NCBI GenBank assembly: GCA_964459995.1
Contig: CAYWOR010000001.1
Span: 145,328 to 209,327 of the forward strand
DNA length: 64,000 nucleotides
Direction: 5' to 3'
DNA from: an uncultured bacterium
GTDB taxonomy: Bacteria; UBP14; UBA6098
In this document: piece by piece, positions 55,291 through 64,000 of the stretch
How positions within the stretch are numbered: position 1 is the stretch's first letter
Layout: each line of letters begins with the position of its first letter
The notes under the pieces: model-generated
What the model saw: the letters and a program-made list of their open reading frames with translations, nothing else
The model's database searches: none
Told to the model about the DNA's origin: nothing
Program-made: the position numbers and the translations under genes

Positions 55291-58200
55291 CTACTTGAGG
55301 AGAACCATTCTCCTGGTTGTCGAACCTGTGTTGGTCGTGAGTTTGTAGAAATAAATTCCACTCTCGACCGAACGGCCCTCGGCATTGGTGCCGTCCCAGA
55401 TTATCTTTTGGACGCCGGGCTTGAAGCTCTCATCGACGAGGGTGTTCACCTTTTTGCCGAGCATATCGTAAATCGACAGTTCGACATTGGTGTATTCCTC
55501 GACCTTGAACTCGATAGCGGTCGCGGCGTTGAAGGGGTTGGGAACATTGCCGAACAGGCTTATTTCCTGCGGCAACTCGAAGGGCTTCTCATCGATATTA
55601 TCGACGATTCCGAAGGCGTCGAAAATCTGAATTGCGATGCCGGCGGTTGTTCCGACCGGAATATCGATTATCGACGCGAGATATGTGCTTGTGCACAGAG
55701 TCTTGCAATCGTAACCGGTATGCTCGCGCCATACACCTCTGCCATTGCTGGCATTTGGCATCGGAGCGGTAAGCTGGGAGGTAAGCACGGTGAATGCGCC
55801 TGTTCCAAGCCTATGCTCGAATTCATCGACACCGTAGTCGGAGATATGACCCATCGAATAATCCTTGGTGAATCCGGGCGAGAACAATGGCGTAGTTCCT
55901 GTCAGCTGGCGGACATTGCCCTCCAGTGATCCGATTCCCATATCGTAGAAATGCACTCCGAAAATGGTGAACAGCGAATCGTAGGAGTTGTTCGCCGCAG
56001 TTGCACCGTTGCTGGAGAGAATCTGCATCGCGTCGGCTCCCTCGATGAACATTTGGCCGCCATTGTAGAGATAATCGCGGAGAATGTGCCATTCGGCTAC
56101 TCTCGGACGCGGCCCGAGCCATCCGGAATAGGAAAGCGGGTTCCATTCGATTATGATGAGATCGAATAGCGGGTTATCCGAAGCGTCGAGAAGCTCGGTA
56201 ACATAGAGTCTGTCATGTTCGCCGGTAACCGTGATATCAGAAGCCGGAACACCGAGGTCGAGAAGGAGGTTATAAAGCGAATCGGTCGGATCCCATGCCC
56301 AGCCGAGACCTTCCTCTATTGTTTCTCCGCCGGCCCAATCGATGATGAGTATTCTGTTGGGTGCCGGGCTGACATTGGTGTAGCCAACTGCGATGTTCGA
56401 GAGCGGGCTTGCTCCGCTGGCGTAATTAGCGACCATACCGTAGTAGTAGTTGGTTCCCGGTGTAATCGCGGTATCGATATAACCGACGATTGTGTCGGGA
56501 AGAACAGCGATAAGAGTTGCAACTGCGGTGTCCGAGAAAGCGGAGGTGTGCCTGTAGAGTCTGAAGGAGACTGGGTCTTCCATCGGGCGCATTCTCGGGG
56601 TGCTTCTTTCGATTTCCTCGATGCCCAGAGGCTCTCTCTCGACAAAGTTATGATAGCTCTGAAGATCGCGAGTGCTACGGACTTTCGTGTGCTGAAGAGC
56701 TTCATTAAGAGGCATTGTGATTTCCGACGACCTCGATCCGGAGGTAGTTGTAACATAGGCCTCCACAACGAAGTCGATATCGGCGTTGTTGACAGAATTG
56801 CCATACCAATCCCAAACACTGTCTCTGGCATAATAAATCCATGTGAGTGTATCGGGAGTTGTGTAATCCTGCCGAACGAAGATACAGTTCGGATACTCGC
56901 CGACATCGATCCATCCGACATAGAAAACATCGGTGCCAACATGTAACGGCGGATCGATAACAAATTCGCGTGTTTCGAAATCGACAGTAGTCGGGAATGT
57001 AATCGTCAACGGAGTAATCATATCCGCGCCTGGCCCGCCGGAGTCGTGCTCAGCCCAGATATGAATTCTGGTCTGCGTTCCCGGAGTAAGTGTGGCGAGG
57101 TCGATGCTGACCTTTGTAAGCATCGCGTCCACGGTGGGAGCGACGAAGGGCATCGCATAACCGCCACCCGGATAACCATAGGGAGAATACCAAATAAAAG
57201 GATCATTCTCGCCGCAGGATATGCCTCTGCCGGCATGCGAAAGAAGAAGCGTGTCGCCCAAAGTCGGTTCGCGCCAGTTTACATAAATAAACTCCGGGTA
57301 GCAGGGACGGTTGGTCGCCTGAACATTGGCCGGAGGATTGAGGCTGACAACGGGGATATCCAGCGTGTCGAGAGTCGGGGTAAGCACCAAGTCGCTTGTA
57401 ACGTTAAGGCTGGGGTTATTATACGTCACATATCCCGCATGGGAAGCCGTGAAAGTATATGTCCCAGCTTCGACATCGAATGAGAAGCTACCGGTTGAGG
57501 CGGTAACAATCGAGTCGGCGAAGCCCACACCGATCATCTTAACCTTTGTGCCCGAAAAATCGGAAGTGCCTTCGAGAGAAACCACACCGGAAACGTTATA
57601 AGTCGATGCAATCTCGAAAAGGTAGAAATCCACACCGGTTGTGTCGCCGTGAAGCGTGAACGAGGTGCTTGCTGGTGTGTATCCGGGGTATGTAACATGG
57701 AGATCGATCGGTCCGAGCGGAACTGCGTCGAGGGTGTAGTTGCCCAAAGCATCGGTGGTCGTTTCGATATCGTTCACCCAATCGGAAACAACAGCACCGG
57801 AGTGATCGGACATGCCATCGAGGCTGACCGTGCCGGAAATGCTTCCGGTGAGAAGAGCGAGGTTGAAATTAAGAGTAGTGTCGTTCGCGATTGTTACATA
57901 AAGCGTTTCGGCCATATAACCTTCGTGCCAAGCGATAACGGTGTAAATTCCGCCCGGAACGCCGCAAACACTGTATGCACCGACAGCGTCAGTGGAATCG
58001 TGGTATGCGCCGACGAAAACGACCGAGTTGGAATAAACCGATGTGCCTTCGAGAGTAACAGTTCCGGATACGCAGAAAACGGTGTCTTCACATTCGGTTG
58101 TGAAAGAGGCGTTTCCGATTCCGAGATTTCCGGCCATATCCTCGGCGGTAACCTGCCATGCGAGAGTGGAGCATGCCGGAAGATCGACACCGAGTGCGGC

Positions 58201-58947
58201 TGTGTTCACGAGTGCTCTTGTTCCGCCAGTAATCGGAGTTTTGGTGATGAACATACTGGGGATTGTTATTCCGAAGGCGGTAATTCCGATGGAAGATTCA
58301 TCGATGCCACTGGGGTCGAGGATATCGACCGAGAAAATCGTGGTTGAGATGGGGACATCGACAGCGCCGTTGGCCGGCACCCAATTTGTGAATGTCGGCG
58401 GTGTAATGTCAGTGGTGTCTTCGAGGACGAAGCGGATTTTAATCCATTCCATCCAGCTTGCGGCTTTGATCCTCGTAACCGATGACATATCTACCGCTGT
58501 GCTCCAGTCCGGTTCAGAACCTACGAAAGCAACAGCGGCTTTGAAAGAACCATGTGCGGGCAGAGGCTCGCCGGTCCAATCGACCGTTACGCTATCGGGA
58601 TACATTGTTCCGCCCCAGAAGACTGTCCAGATTATTGTATCCTGCGTGCTACTTCTGGCATCGACAGTAAGGGCGGTAATCGGCCACCCCGGATCGGTAA
58701 TCGGGAAAAAGGCATAAAAACCGCTTGGTGGTGCCGGTGGAGCGGCGACATCGACAACGATTGTGTCGGTTCCAATTATGACGGAAGGATCGTATAGATC
58801 CGAACCGTAGATACTTGTTTTGATGGTGAGAGTTTTGACTGTATCCGGATTTCTATAAACGTCCAGATCGATATTCCACTCCTGGGCGAGTCCGGTTGCG
58901 ATCAGTCCGAGAACCGCAATAATAGCTAAGATATTGCACCTTCTCAT
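55291..58947 (-). CDS. Giant secreted T9SS cargo protein (1218 aa) with 3 carboxypeptidase-regulatory-like domains, the alpha/beta pre-CTD module and a T9SS CTD
   Basis: GGAGG RBS. Signal peptide MRRCNILAIIAVLGLIATGLAQE. CarbopepD_reg repeats (VSGTVTLEGTS...; ISGTVSLDGMS...; VSGVVSLEGTS...). CTD LFGNVPNPFNAATAIEFKVE...GIYFYKLTTNTGSTTRRMVLLK. Confidence 0.9.
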   Translation of the reverse strand: MRRCNILAIIAVLGLIATGLAQEWNIDLDVYRNPDTVKTLTIKTSIYGSDLYDPSVIIGTDTIVVDVAAPPAPPSGFYAFFPITDPGWPITALTVDARSSTQDTIIWTVFWGGTMYPDSVTVDWTGEPLPAHGSFKAAVAFVGSEPDWSTAVDMSSVTRIKAASWMEWIKIRFVLEDTTDITPPTFTNWVPANGAVDVPISTTIFSVDILDPSGIDESSIGITAFGITIPSMFITKTPITGGTRALVNTAALGVDLPACSTLAWQVTAEDMAGNLGIGNASFTTECEDTVFCVSGTVTLEGTSVYSNSVVFVGAYHDSTDAVGAYSVCGVPGGIYTVIAWHEGYMAETLYVTIANDTTLNFNLALLTGSISGTVSLDGMSDHSGAVVSDWVNDIETTTDALGNYTLDAVPLGPIDLHVTYPGYTPASTSFTLHGDTTGVDFYLFEIASTYNVSGVVSLEGTSDFSGTKVKMIGVGFADSIVTASTGSFSFDVEAGTYTFTASHAGYVTYNNPSLNVTSDLVLTPTLDTLDIPVVSLNPPANVQATNRPCYPEFIYVNWREPTLGDTLLLSHAGRGISCGENDPFIWYSPYGYPGGGYAMPFVAPTVDAMLTKVSIDLATLTPGTQTRIHIWAEHDSGGPGADMITPLTITFPTTVDFETREFVIDPPLHVGTDVFYVGWIDVGEYPNCIFVRQDYTTPDTLTWIYYARDSVWDWYGNSVNNADIDFVVEAYVTTTSGSRSSEITMPLNEALQHTKVRSTRDLQSYHNFVEREPLGIEEIERSTPRMRPMEDPVSFRLYRHTSAFSDTAVATLIAVLPDTIVGYIDTAITPGTNYYYGMVANYASGASPLSNIAVGYTNVSPAPNRILIIDWAGGETIEEGLGWAWDPTDSLYNLLLDLGVPASDITVTGEHDRLYVTELLDASDNPLFDLIIIEWNPLSYSGWLGPRPRVAEWHILRDYLYNGGQMFIEGADAMQILSSNGATAANNSYDSLFTIFGVHFYDMGIGSLEGNVRQLTGTTPLFSPGFTKDYSMGHISDYGVDEFEHRLGTGAFTVLTSQLTAPMPNASNGRGVWREHTGYDCKTLCTSTYLASIIDIPVGTTAGIAIQIFDAFGIVDNIDEKPFELPQEISLFGNVPNPFNAATAIEFKVEEYTNVELSIYDMLGKKVNTLVDESFKPGVQKIIWDGTNAEGRSVESGIYFYKLTTNTGSTTRRMVLLK

Positions 58948-59177
58948 TAAATCCTCCTTCTTTGAGTTATTTTTTAATCGATTAATACAACTTGTATATT
59001 GTTATGAATTTAATCCTTAATAAATGAATGTCAAGCCATAATTGTGTTATATTATTTCCGATGTAATACCCAGATGCATAGGGGATGAAGCTTTCGGCAA
59101 AAAAATCGCACTCTTGCCCTTCCGCTTGACTTATGCCGTTAATGCGTATATTTTGGTTAACGAACGAAAGGAAACTC

Positions 59178-59843
59178 ATGACCGAAGTTACAGCAGACAC
59201 CATCAGACACGACCCGGAAATAATCGATCTCGTCGAGATTGCAAATAGGAACCTCGAAGCCGCAGGCTATACTGACCACGGTTTCGGACATACAACAGTA
59301 GTCGCGAATCGGGCGAAACAGCTTCTTATTAAACTCGGAAAAGAACCGCGCACTGCGGAATTAGCCGCAATCGCCGCGCTTATGCACGATGTCGGCAACG
59401 CGGTCAACCGCCGAGGGCATGCGATGTTGGGTGCTATCCTCGCAAAGCCAATACTTATGCGCCTCGGCATGCCCATCCACGAGGTTCACGAGGTTATCGC
59501 CGCAATCGGAAACCACCACGAGGGCGAGGGTGATATGGTCTCGGATATTGCCGCGGGGCTTGTTCTCGCGGATAAATCGGATGTTCGGGAATCGCGTGTG
59601 CGTGCATCCGGAGACATTATCGGCGATATTCACGATAGGGTGAATTTTGCCGCGAAAAAAAGCGAACTATACGTCGCCGAGGAGGGCGGAATTATCGGCA
59701 TCGAGATCATTGTCGATCCGCAGGTGGCCACGGTGATGGAATATTTCGAGATTTTTCTTGCCAGAATGAATGCCTGCCAGCTTGCGGCTGTTCATTTCGG
59801 TGCAAAATTCGAACTTATCATCAATGGAGTAAAATTAGCATGA
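59178..59843 (+). CDS. HD-domain phosphohydrolase (221 aa)
   Basis: Trimmed to the ATG at 59178 with an AAAGGAAA RBS (MTEVTADTIRHDP...). H..HD...H...D motif set (GHTTVVANRAKQL ... ALMHDVGN ... GNHHEGEGD). Confidence 0.75.
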   Translation: MTEVTADTIRHDPEIIDLVEIANRNLEAAGYTDHGFGHTTVVANRAKQLLIKLGKEPRTAELAAIAALMHDVGNAVNRRGHAMLGAILAKPILMRLGMPIHEVHEVIAAIGNHHEGEGDMVSDIAAGLVLADKSDVRESRVRASGDIIGDIHDRVNFAAKKSELYVAEEGGIIGIEIIVDPQVATVMEYFEIFLARMNACQLAAVHFGAKFELIINGVKLA

Positions 59844-60880
59844 CGGGCGAGAATTATAAATCCGCAGGCGTTGATTTGGACGCCGCAGTTGTCGCCACCA
59901 AAAAAATCGCCGCGCTTGCCAAATCGACATTCTCGGCAGATGTCGCGAGCGAGATAGGCGCTTTCGGCGGGATTTACCGGTTTCCATCCGGTTCGGGAAG
60001 CCTCCTTTTGGCCTCCGCGGATGGTGTCGGCACGAAGCTTAAGGTTGCCTCCGCCGCTGGAATTTTTAACACTGTAGGCCAGGATTTGGTCAATCATTGT
60101 ATCAACGACATCCTCACTCTCGGTGCAAAACCGCTTTTTTTCCTCGATTATATCGGCTACTCAGACCTCGGCCCGGAGGAAATTGCCTCGGTTGTCGAGG
60201 GGCTTAGCAAAGCCTGCGGTGAGAACGGGGTTTCCCTTATCGGCGGCGAAACCGCGCAGATGCCCGGAATATACGGCTCCGGGGAATTCGATCTGGTCGG
60301 GTTCATAGTCGGAACTGCCGTTGAAGAAAGGCTGATTACAGGCTCTGCAATCTCCGCCGGAGACAAGCTAATCGCACTTGTCAGCAATGGCCTTCAGACA
60401 AACGGTTTTTCTCTCGCTCGCAAAGTTCTTCTCGATTCCGACGCATTTGCAATCGACGATAGGCCGGAGGAACTTCACGGAACGAGTGTCGGCGAAGCGC
60501 TTCTTGCGATTCACCCATGCTATCTAAAACCTGTCGAAAGATTGATGGAATCTGTCCAAATCACCGGAATGGCGCATATAACCGGCGGCGGGCTTGCCGG
60601 CAATTTTTCGCGGATTCTTCCCGAAGACTGCGACGCTGTTTTCGATGTTTCTAAAATCCCCTCGCCGCCTATATTCGAGCTGATTAGAAAACATGGCGAT
60701 ATACCATCACAGGAGATGTTCGACGTCTTCAACATGGGCGCGGGTTATGTTATCGCGGTGAAAGCTTCCGACGCGGAGCCTGCGATGGAGATTTTGCGCG
60801 AGATTCAGCAGAACGCCGTTGTGTTTGGCGGAATTACACATGGAAACCACAAGGTGATTTTGAAGGGGCTGGCCGATTGA
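59840..60880 (+). CDS. purM: Phosphoribosylformylglycinamidine cyclo-ligase (AIR synthetase)
   Basis: MTGENYKSAGVDLDAA...AFGGIY...GVSLIGGETAQMPGIY... PurM signatures. ATGA overlap with the upstream HD gene. Confidence 0.9.
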   Translation: MTGENYKSAGVDLDAAVVATKKIAALAKSTFSADVASEIGAFGGIYRFPSGSGSLLLASADGVGTKLKVASAAGIFNTVGQDLVNHCINDILTLGAKPLFFLDYIGYSDLGPEEIASVVEGLSKACGENGVSLIGGETAQMPGIYGSGEFDLVGFIVGTAVEERLITGSAISAGDKLIALVSNGLQTNGFSLARKVLLDSDAFAIDDRPEELHGTSVGEALLAIHPCYLKPVERLMESVQITGMAHITGGGLAGNFSRILPEDCDAVFDVSKIPSPPIFELIRKHGDIPSQEMFDVFNMGAGYVIAVKASDAEPAMEILREIQQNAVVFGGITHGNHKVILKGLAD

Positions 60881-62358
60881 GAGCGCCGCGAGAGAGCATC
60901 GGCAGAAAAGACATAATCTACGCGATTATCGGCGGAGTTTTCTTTTCCGCATCGCAACCACCGCACCAAACGGCATTTTTAGCGTGGTTCTGCCTCGTTC
61001 CGCTTTTTCTTGCGATGAGCGGGAAATCCTATCGTGGAGCCTTTGCGCTTGGCTATCTTTGGGGGGTCACATCGAATCTCATCTCGCTCTATTGGATAGC
61101 GGTTCCGACGCTTCCGGGGATGATTGCGGCGATTATTATCGCATCGCTATATACGGCCCTTTTCGCGATGGCTTTTTCCTTCGTCGAGCGGCGGAACTAC
61201 ACTGTCGCGCTCGCCGTATCACCGGTTTTATGGGTTGGAATGGAGTTCCTTCGCGGGTTCGGCCAGCTCGGATTTCCATGGATGGACCTCGGATATTCTC
61301 AGGGCATCTATCGTGTGATAATCCAAATTGCGGATTTGGTCGGGCATAGGGGGATAAGTTTTTGGCTCGTCTCGATCAATGCCCTTTTTGTGGCTTTTAT
61401 TATAGCAAAAAAGCGCAGATGGATTTATCCGGTTTCTATTGCGGTGCTTTTCGCAATAGTCTTGATTTACGGGCTTTGGCGGCTTTCGCAACCACCTCCG
61501 CCCGAGACGATTAGAATCGCGCTTGTGCAAAGCAATATCACCGCAGAAGACAAGTGGGAAAAGGATTTCCGCCGGAAAAGCATCGACTATTACATCGAAA
61601 TGGCGCGCGAAATCGACGAACCGATCGATCTCCTCGTCCTTTCGGAGACCGCCACCGCGCATTATCATCGCGATAATCCCCATATTGTTGACAAACTCGC
61701 GGAACTTTCTATGCTTGTGAATGCGCCCATCCTCTCAGGCACGCTCGATTACGACCCCGCTGATCGCAGGCGGCTTTATTATAACTCCTCCGGGCTTTTC
61801 ACAGCGGACGGTGTTCGGGGGGTTTACAACAAAATAAATCTTGTGCCGGGAAGCGAGCATGTCCCATTTCAGAACTATTTTCCCGCACTTCGCAAACTCG
61901 ATTTGGGCGGAAGCCATTTCGCGATGGGGGATTCTATCGTTGTTTTCGAGGTTGACGGCATGCGTTTTTCCGCGCCGATTTGTTATGAGATACTTTTTGG
62001 ATGCACTGTTCGCCGATATGCCGCCGGTGGCGCGGATTTCATAACAAATATCACCAACGACGGCTGGTTTGGTGCAACTCCCGGGCCATATCAGCATGCC
62101 AATTTCACCCGTTTTCGCGCGGTCGAGAACCGGTTCGGGGTTGGAAGATCGGCGCAGACTGGAATCTCGCTTATCTGCGACGAAACCGGAAGAATTACAA
62201 AACAGCTCGCACTTAACAGCAAAGGCATTCTTATCGGCGATGTGCCGGTTCGAACCCGCAAAACGCTTTTCACAAAACTCGGCGATTGGATTGGATATGG
62301 CAGCTTTTTTGCTTCACCGCTGATTCTTATACTAACCGGACTATTATTGAAAAAGTGA
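60877..62358 (+). CDS. lnt: Apolipoprotein N-acyltransferase (TTG start)
   Basis: Polytopic N-terminal domain, then a C-N hydrolase domain with catalytic Cys in ICYEILFG. TTGA overlap with the purM stop. Confidence 0.8.
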   Translation: MRAPRESIGRKDIIYAIIGGVFFSASQPPHQTAFLAWFCLVPLFLAMSGKSYRGAFALGYLWGVTSNLISLYWIAVPTLPGMIAAIIIASLYTALFAMAFSFVERRNYTVALAVSPVLWVGMEFLRGFGQLGFPWMDLGYSQGIYRVIIQIADLVGHRGISFWLVSINALFVAFIIAKKRRWIYPVSIAVLFAIVLIYGLWRLSQPPPPETIRIALVQSNITAEDKWEKDFRRKSIDYYIEMAREIDEPIDLLVLSETATAHYHRDNPHIVDKLAELSMLVNAPILSGTLDYDPADRRRLYYNSSGLFTADGVRGVYNKINLVPGSEHVPFQNYFPALRKLDLGGSHFAMGDSIVVFEVDGMRFSAPICYEILFGCTVRRYAAGGADFITNITNDGWFGATPGPYQHANFTRFRAVENRFGVGRSAQTGISLICDETGRITKQLALNSKGILIGDVPVRTRKTLFTKLGDWIGYGSFFASPLILILTGLLLKK

Positions 62359-64000
62359 AATACAAGCTTCTAATCCTACTTTTTGCCGCAATCCTTTTCG
62401 CACAAGTCCCCGGAACATGGGAGACCTTCGGCGACGCCAACTTCGCGAACTGCATAGCAACGCACAACGGCGTGCTCTATGTCGGAAGTAAAGGCGGCAT
62501 AATCGAATACCTCCCCGGAACGCCTGTCGAGGATTTGAAGGTGATGACAAATATTCACGGCCTCGGCGGACTGAATATCGTCGGGCTTCAGGAGCACGGC
62601 GAAAAGCTTTTCTATGCCGCTTCTAATGGCGCTATGGGCCGGCTCGACGGCGGGAAATGGTCGGTTTTTACCGATCTTCTTCGCGATAATGTTGGAATAA
62701 ACGACATTGCCGTTAGCGAAGAACATTTCTATGTGGCTACCTCGAAAGGAGTTAGCCAGATTAAGCCCCTTTCGGGAAATCTTGTCCTCGAGGTTTCACA
62801 GAATTACAATAAAATCAGCAGTTGGGACAGAAATTATCCCATTAACTCGATTACCGCCGACGATACTCTTCTTTGGGTCGGAAGTAACCTTGGGATCGCC
62901 CGTGGACGGCTTGGCGGCAATCTTTTCGTTCCGGAGGCATGGACGATTTTTTCCACCAATCGGCCGGTTTTGGATGTTTTCGCGGACTCCGGCGGGATAT
63001 GGTATATCCTCGAATATGAGCTTGGCTCTCTGAGCATCTTTTTCTTTGACGGCGAACGTGTAGATACACTCGAAGATTCTTTTATGCTCGGCAGGCGTTT
63101 GAACGGCTTTTTCTATTATAATGGAGAGCTTTACGCACACGGCCACGACGGCCTTTTCCGAAGAAGGGATACCGGAAGATTCACGCGGGTTCCTTTGGAT
63201 GCCCATTGGGCGGTCCATGGCGGCGCGGCTTTGGGCGATTCGCTCTATGTTCCGCTCGAAATCGGTTTCGGCGTTTTGCGGCAGGACACGATTCGGCATA
63301 TGAGCATAAACAGCCCATCCGGCGATGCTTTCAGAGGTGTCGCCTTCGCACCGAACGGCGATGTTGCTATTGTCAGCGGTGGGAGCGGCGTTTGCATATA
63401 CAGCAATGGCACATGGGGAAACATCACGGCGAAGTATATGCCCACGATACCCTCAGATTCTGTCTATACGCAGGTTCGGAACAATTTGCATCATATAAAT
63501 AAATGCGCCTACGACGCCAATGGCAATCTTTGGCTCGGAATGACCGGCGATGGTGTTTTCAGATACTCTCCCGACGGCGTTTGGAAGATTTTCGACAAGA
63601 CAAACAGCATTCTTGACGGCTATTCCGCCGGGCCGAATGCGCCACTTTGCTGGGGTCTCGATTACGACGAGGTCCGTGGTCTAATGTGGATTTCGAATTA
63701 CGACAATCTTAGCGGGCTTGCAGTGGCGGCTTTCGAGCCTGAGGGCGATTTGACTTCGCCGATTGTGTCATATTTCACCGGAACCGCGGCGATTCCAAAC
63801 AATTATGTTATGTCGCTGACGGCACAGGGTGGCGATGTTTGGCTCGTTCTCCGTGATCAGGGTGTAACGCTCATCGATCCGGGATACAACATATCCAGCC
63901 ACTCGGACGACTATGTCCGCAATTATTCCGATGTGCTTCCCGGGGCTTCGGCGAATCAGGTAGCGGTTGATTCGGAGGGAATCGCATGGGTGGCGGTTTC
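62355..64000 (+). CDS. Secreted beta-propeller repeat protein (two-component-regulator-propeller-like), 5' portion only (continues beyond the window)
   Basis: Not in the ORF track because it has no stop within the window. A GTG at 62355 overlaps the lnt stop (GTGA). Signal peptide VKYKLLILLFAAILFAQV. Repeated blades (GVLYVGSKGGIIEY; LWVGSNLGIARG; GIWYILEY; LWLGMTGDGVFRY; GDVWLVLRDQGVTLID). The frame is open to nt 64000. Confidence 0.7.
   Translation, partial: MKYKLLILLFAAILFAQVPGTWETFGDANFANCIATHNGVLYVGSKGGIIEYLPGTPVEDLKVMTNIHGLGGLNIVGLQEHGEKLFYAASNGAMGRLDGGKWSVFTDLLRDNVGINDIAVSEEHFYVATSKGVSQIKPLSGNLVLEVSQNYNKISSWDRNYPINSITADDTLLWVGSNLGIARGRLGGNLFVPEAWTIFSTNRPVLDVFADSGGIWYILEYELGSLSIFFFDGERVDTLEDSFMLGRRLNGFFYYNGELYAHGHDGLFRRRDTGRFTRVPLDAHWAVHGGAALGDSLYVPLEIGFGVLRQDTIRHMSINSPSGDAFRGVAFAPNGDVAIVSGGSGVCIYSNGTWGNITAKYMPTIPSDSVYTQVRNNLHHINKCAYDANGNLWLGMTGDGVFRYSPDGVWKIFDKTNSILDGYSAGPNAPLCWGLDYDEVRGLMWISNYDNLSGLAVAAFEPEGDLTSPIVSYFTGTAAIPNNYVMSLTAQGGDVWLVLRDQGVTLIDPGYNISSHSDDYVRNYSDVLPGASANQVAVDSEGIAWVAV

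Noticed and set aside
55197-55385. N-terminal 63-aa extension of the 51087 giant gene (MPRAVRSRVEF...), which would overlap the upstream terminator and the end of 55291..58947
   Set aside because: The internal ATG at 55196 has a GGGGGAG RBS and yields a canonical signal peptide. The extension runs through a terminator hairpin.
55228-58717. Plus-strand ORFs (233, 243, 232 and 224 aa) and a second minus-frame ORF (56316..56963) overlapping the 55291..58947 giant gene
   Set aside because: Embedded in a gene with a signal peptide, RBS, CarbopepD_reg repeats, CTD and terminator. They are low-complexity Arg/Ser-rich translations typical of shadow frames.
1-64000. Scan for CRISPR arrays, rRNA genes, IS/transposase or integrase genes and prophage modules
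   Set aside because: No regularly spaced direct repeats, no transposase or integrase-like ORFs and no rRNA-like segments were seen. Every large ORF is accounted for by chromosomal functions or surface proteins.

Overview
This 64-kb window is a dense bacterial chromosomal segment (about 55 genes, standard genetic code, mostly AGGAG-type RBSs). It reads like a lineage that exports many large surface proteins through a type IX secretion system (T9SS). I infer an uncultivated member of the Fibrobacteres-Chlorobi-Bacteroidetes (FCB) group or a neighbouring candidate phylum. No T9SS machinery gene lies in the window itself.

Main content:
- Five ORFs end in a clear TIGR04183-like T9SS C-terminal sorting domain (..NYPNPFNP.TTI.F.LP.., last residue K). 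Four are giants: <1..7445 (+, more than 2,450 aa, 5'-truncated), 7598..12364 (+), 51087..55196 (-) and 55291..58947 (-). Three of the giants are paralogues. They share an N-terminal repeated 'G[YF]D-GLD-P..PP..YF.L.DP...L..DIR' module, 3-4 carboxypeptidase-regulatory-like domains, an Fn3 domain and a ~250-aa alpha/beta module before the CTD.
- Between them sit housekeeping genes: dapA, dapB, lysS, lolC/E, a TonB-dependent receptor, a 5'-nucleotidase, rpsF-rpsR-rplI, the H+-PPase hppA, pth, purM, lnt, gamma-CA and a bifunctional nuclease.
- Signalling genes: a DUF4388 protein, a GHKL kinase-like protein with pseudo-receiver domains, and a universal stress protein (Usp).
- Several beta-propeller lipoproteins.

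The strongest candidate for something undescribed is a tightly packed minus-strand operon (about 34436..42509, possibly extending to 45289). It leads with an orphan GlmL/MutL-type double ASKHA ATPase (623 aa, no B12 mutase S/E subunits nearby). This is followed by a conserved 378-aa soluble protein, a 931-aa lipoprotein with a C-terminal polytopic membrane region, and three polytopic membrane proteins. It is closed by a strong terminator.

Other notable non-coding signals:
- a 24-nt near-perfect palindrome (ATTTGCATGCAATTGTATGCAAAT) embedded in an array of five TTGCAT half-sites, in the divergent HD/MFS and BamB-like intergenic region;
- a structured rpsF 5' leader;
- several clean rho-independent terminators and divergent sigma70-like promoters.

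No CRISPR array, rRNA, tRNA or obvious mobile element was seen. Coordinates of non-ORF features may be off by 1-2 nt (hand indexing).
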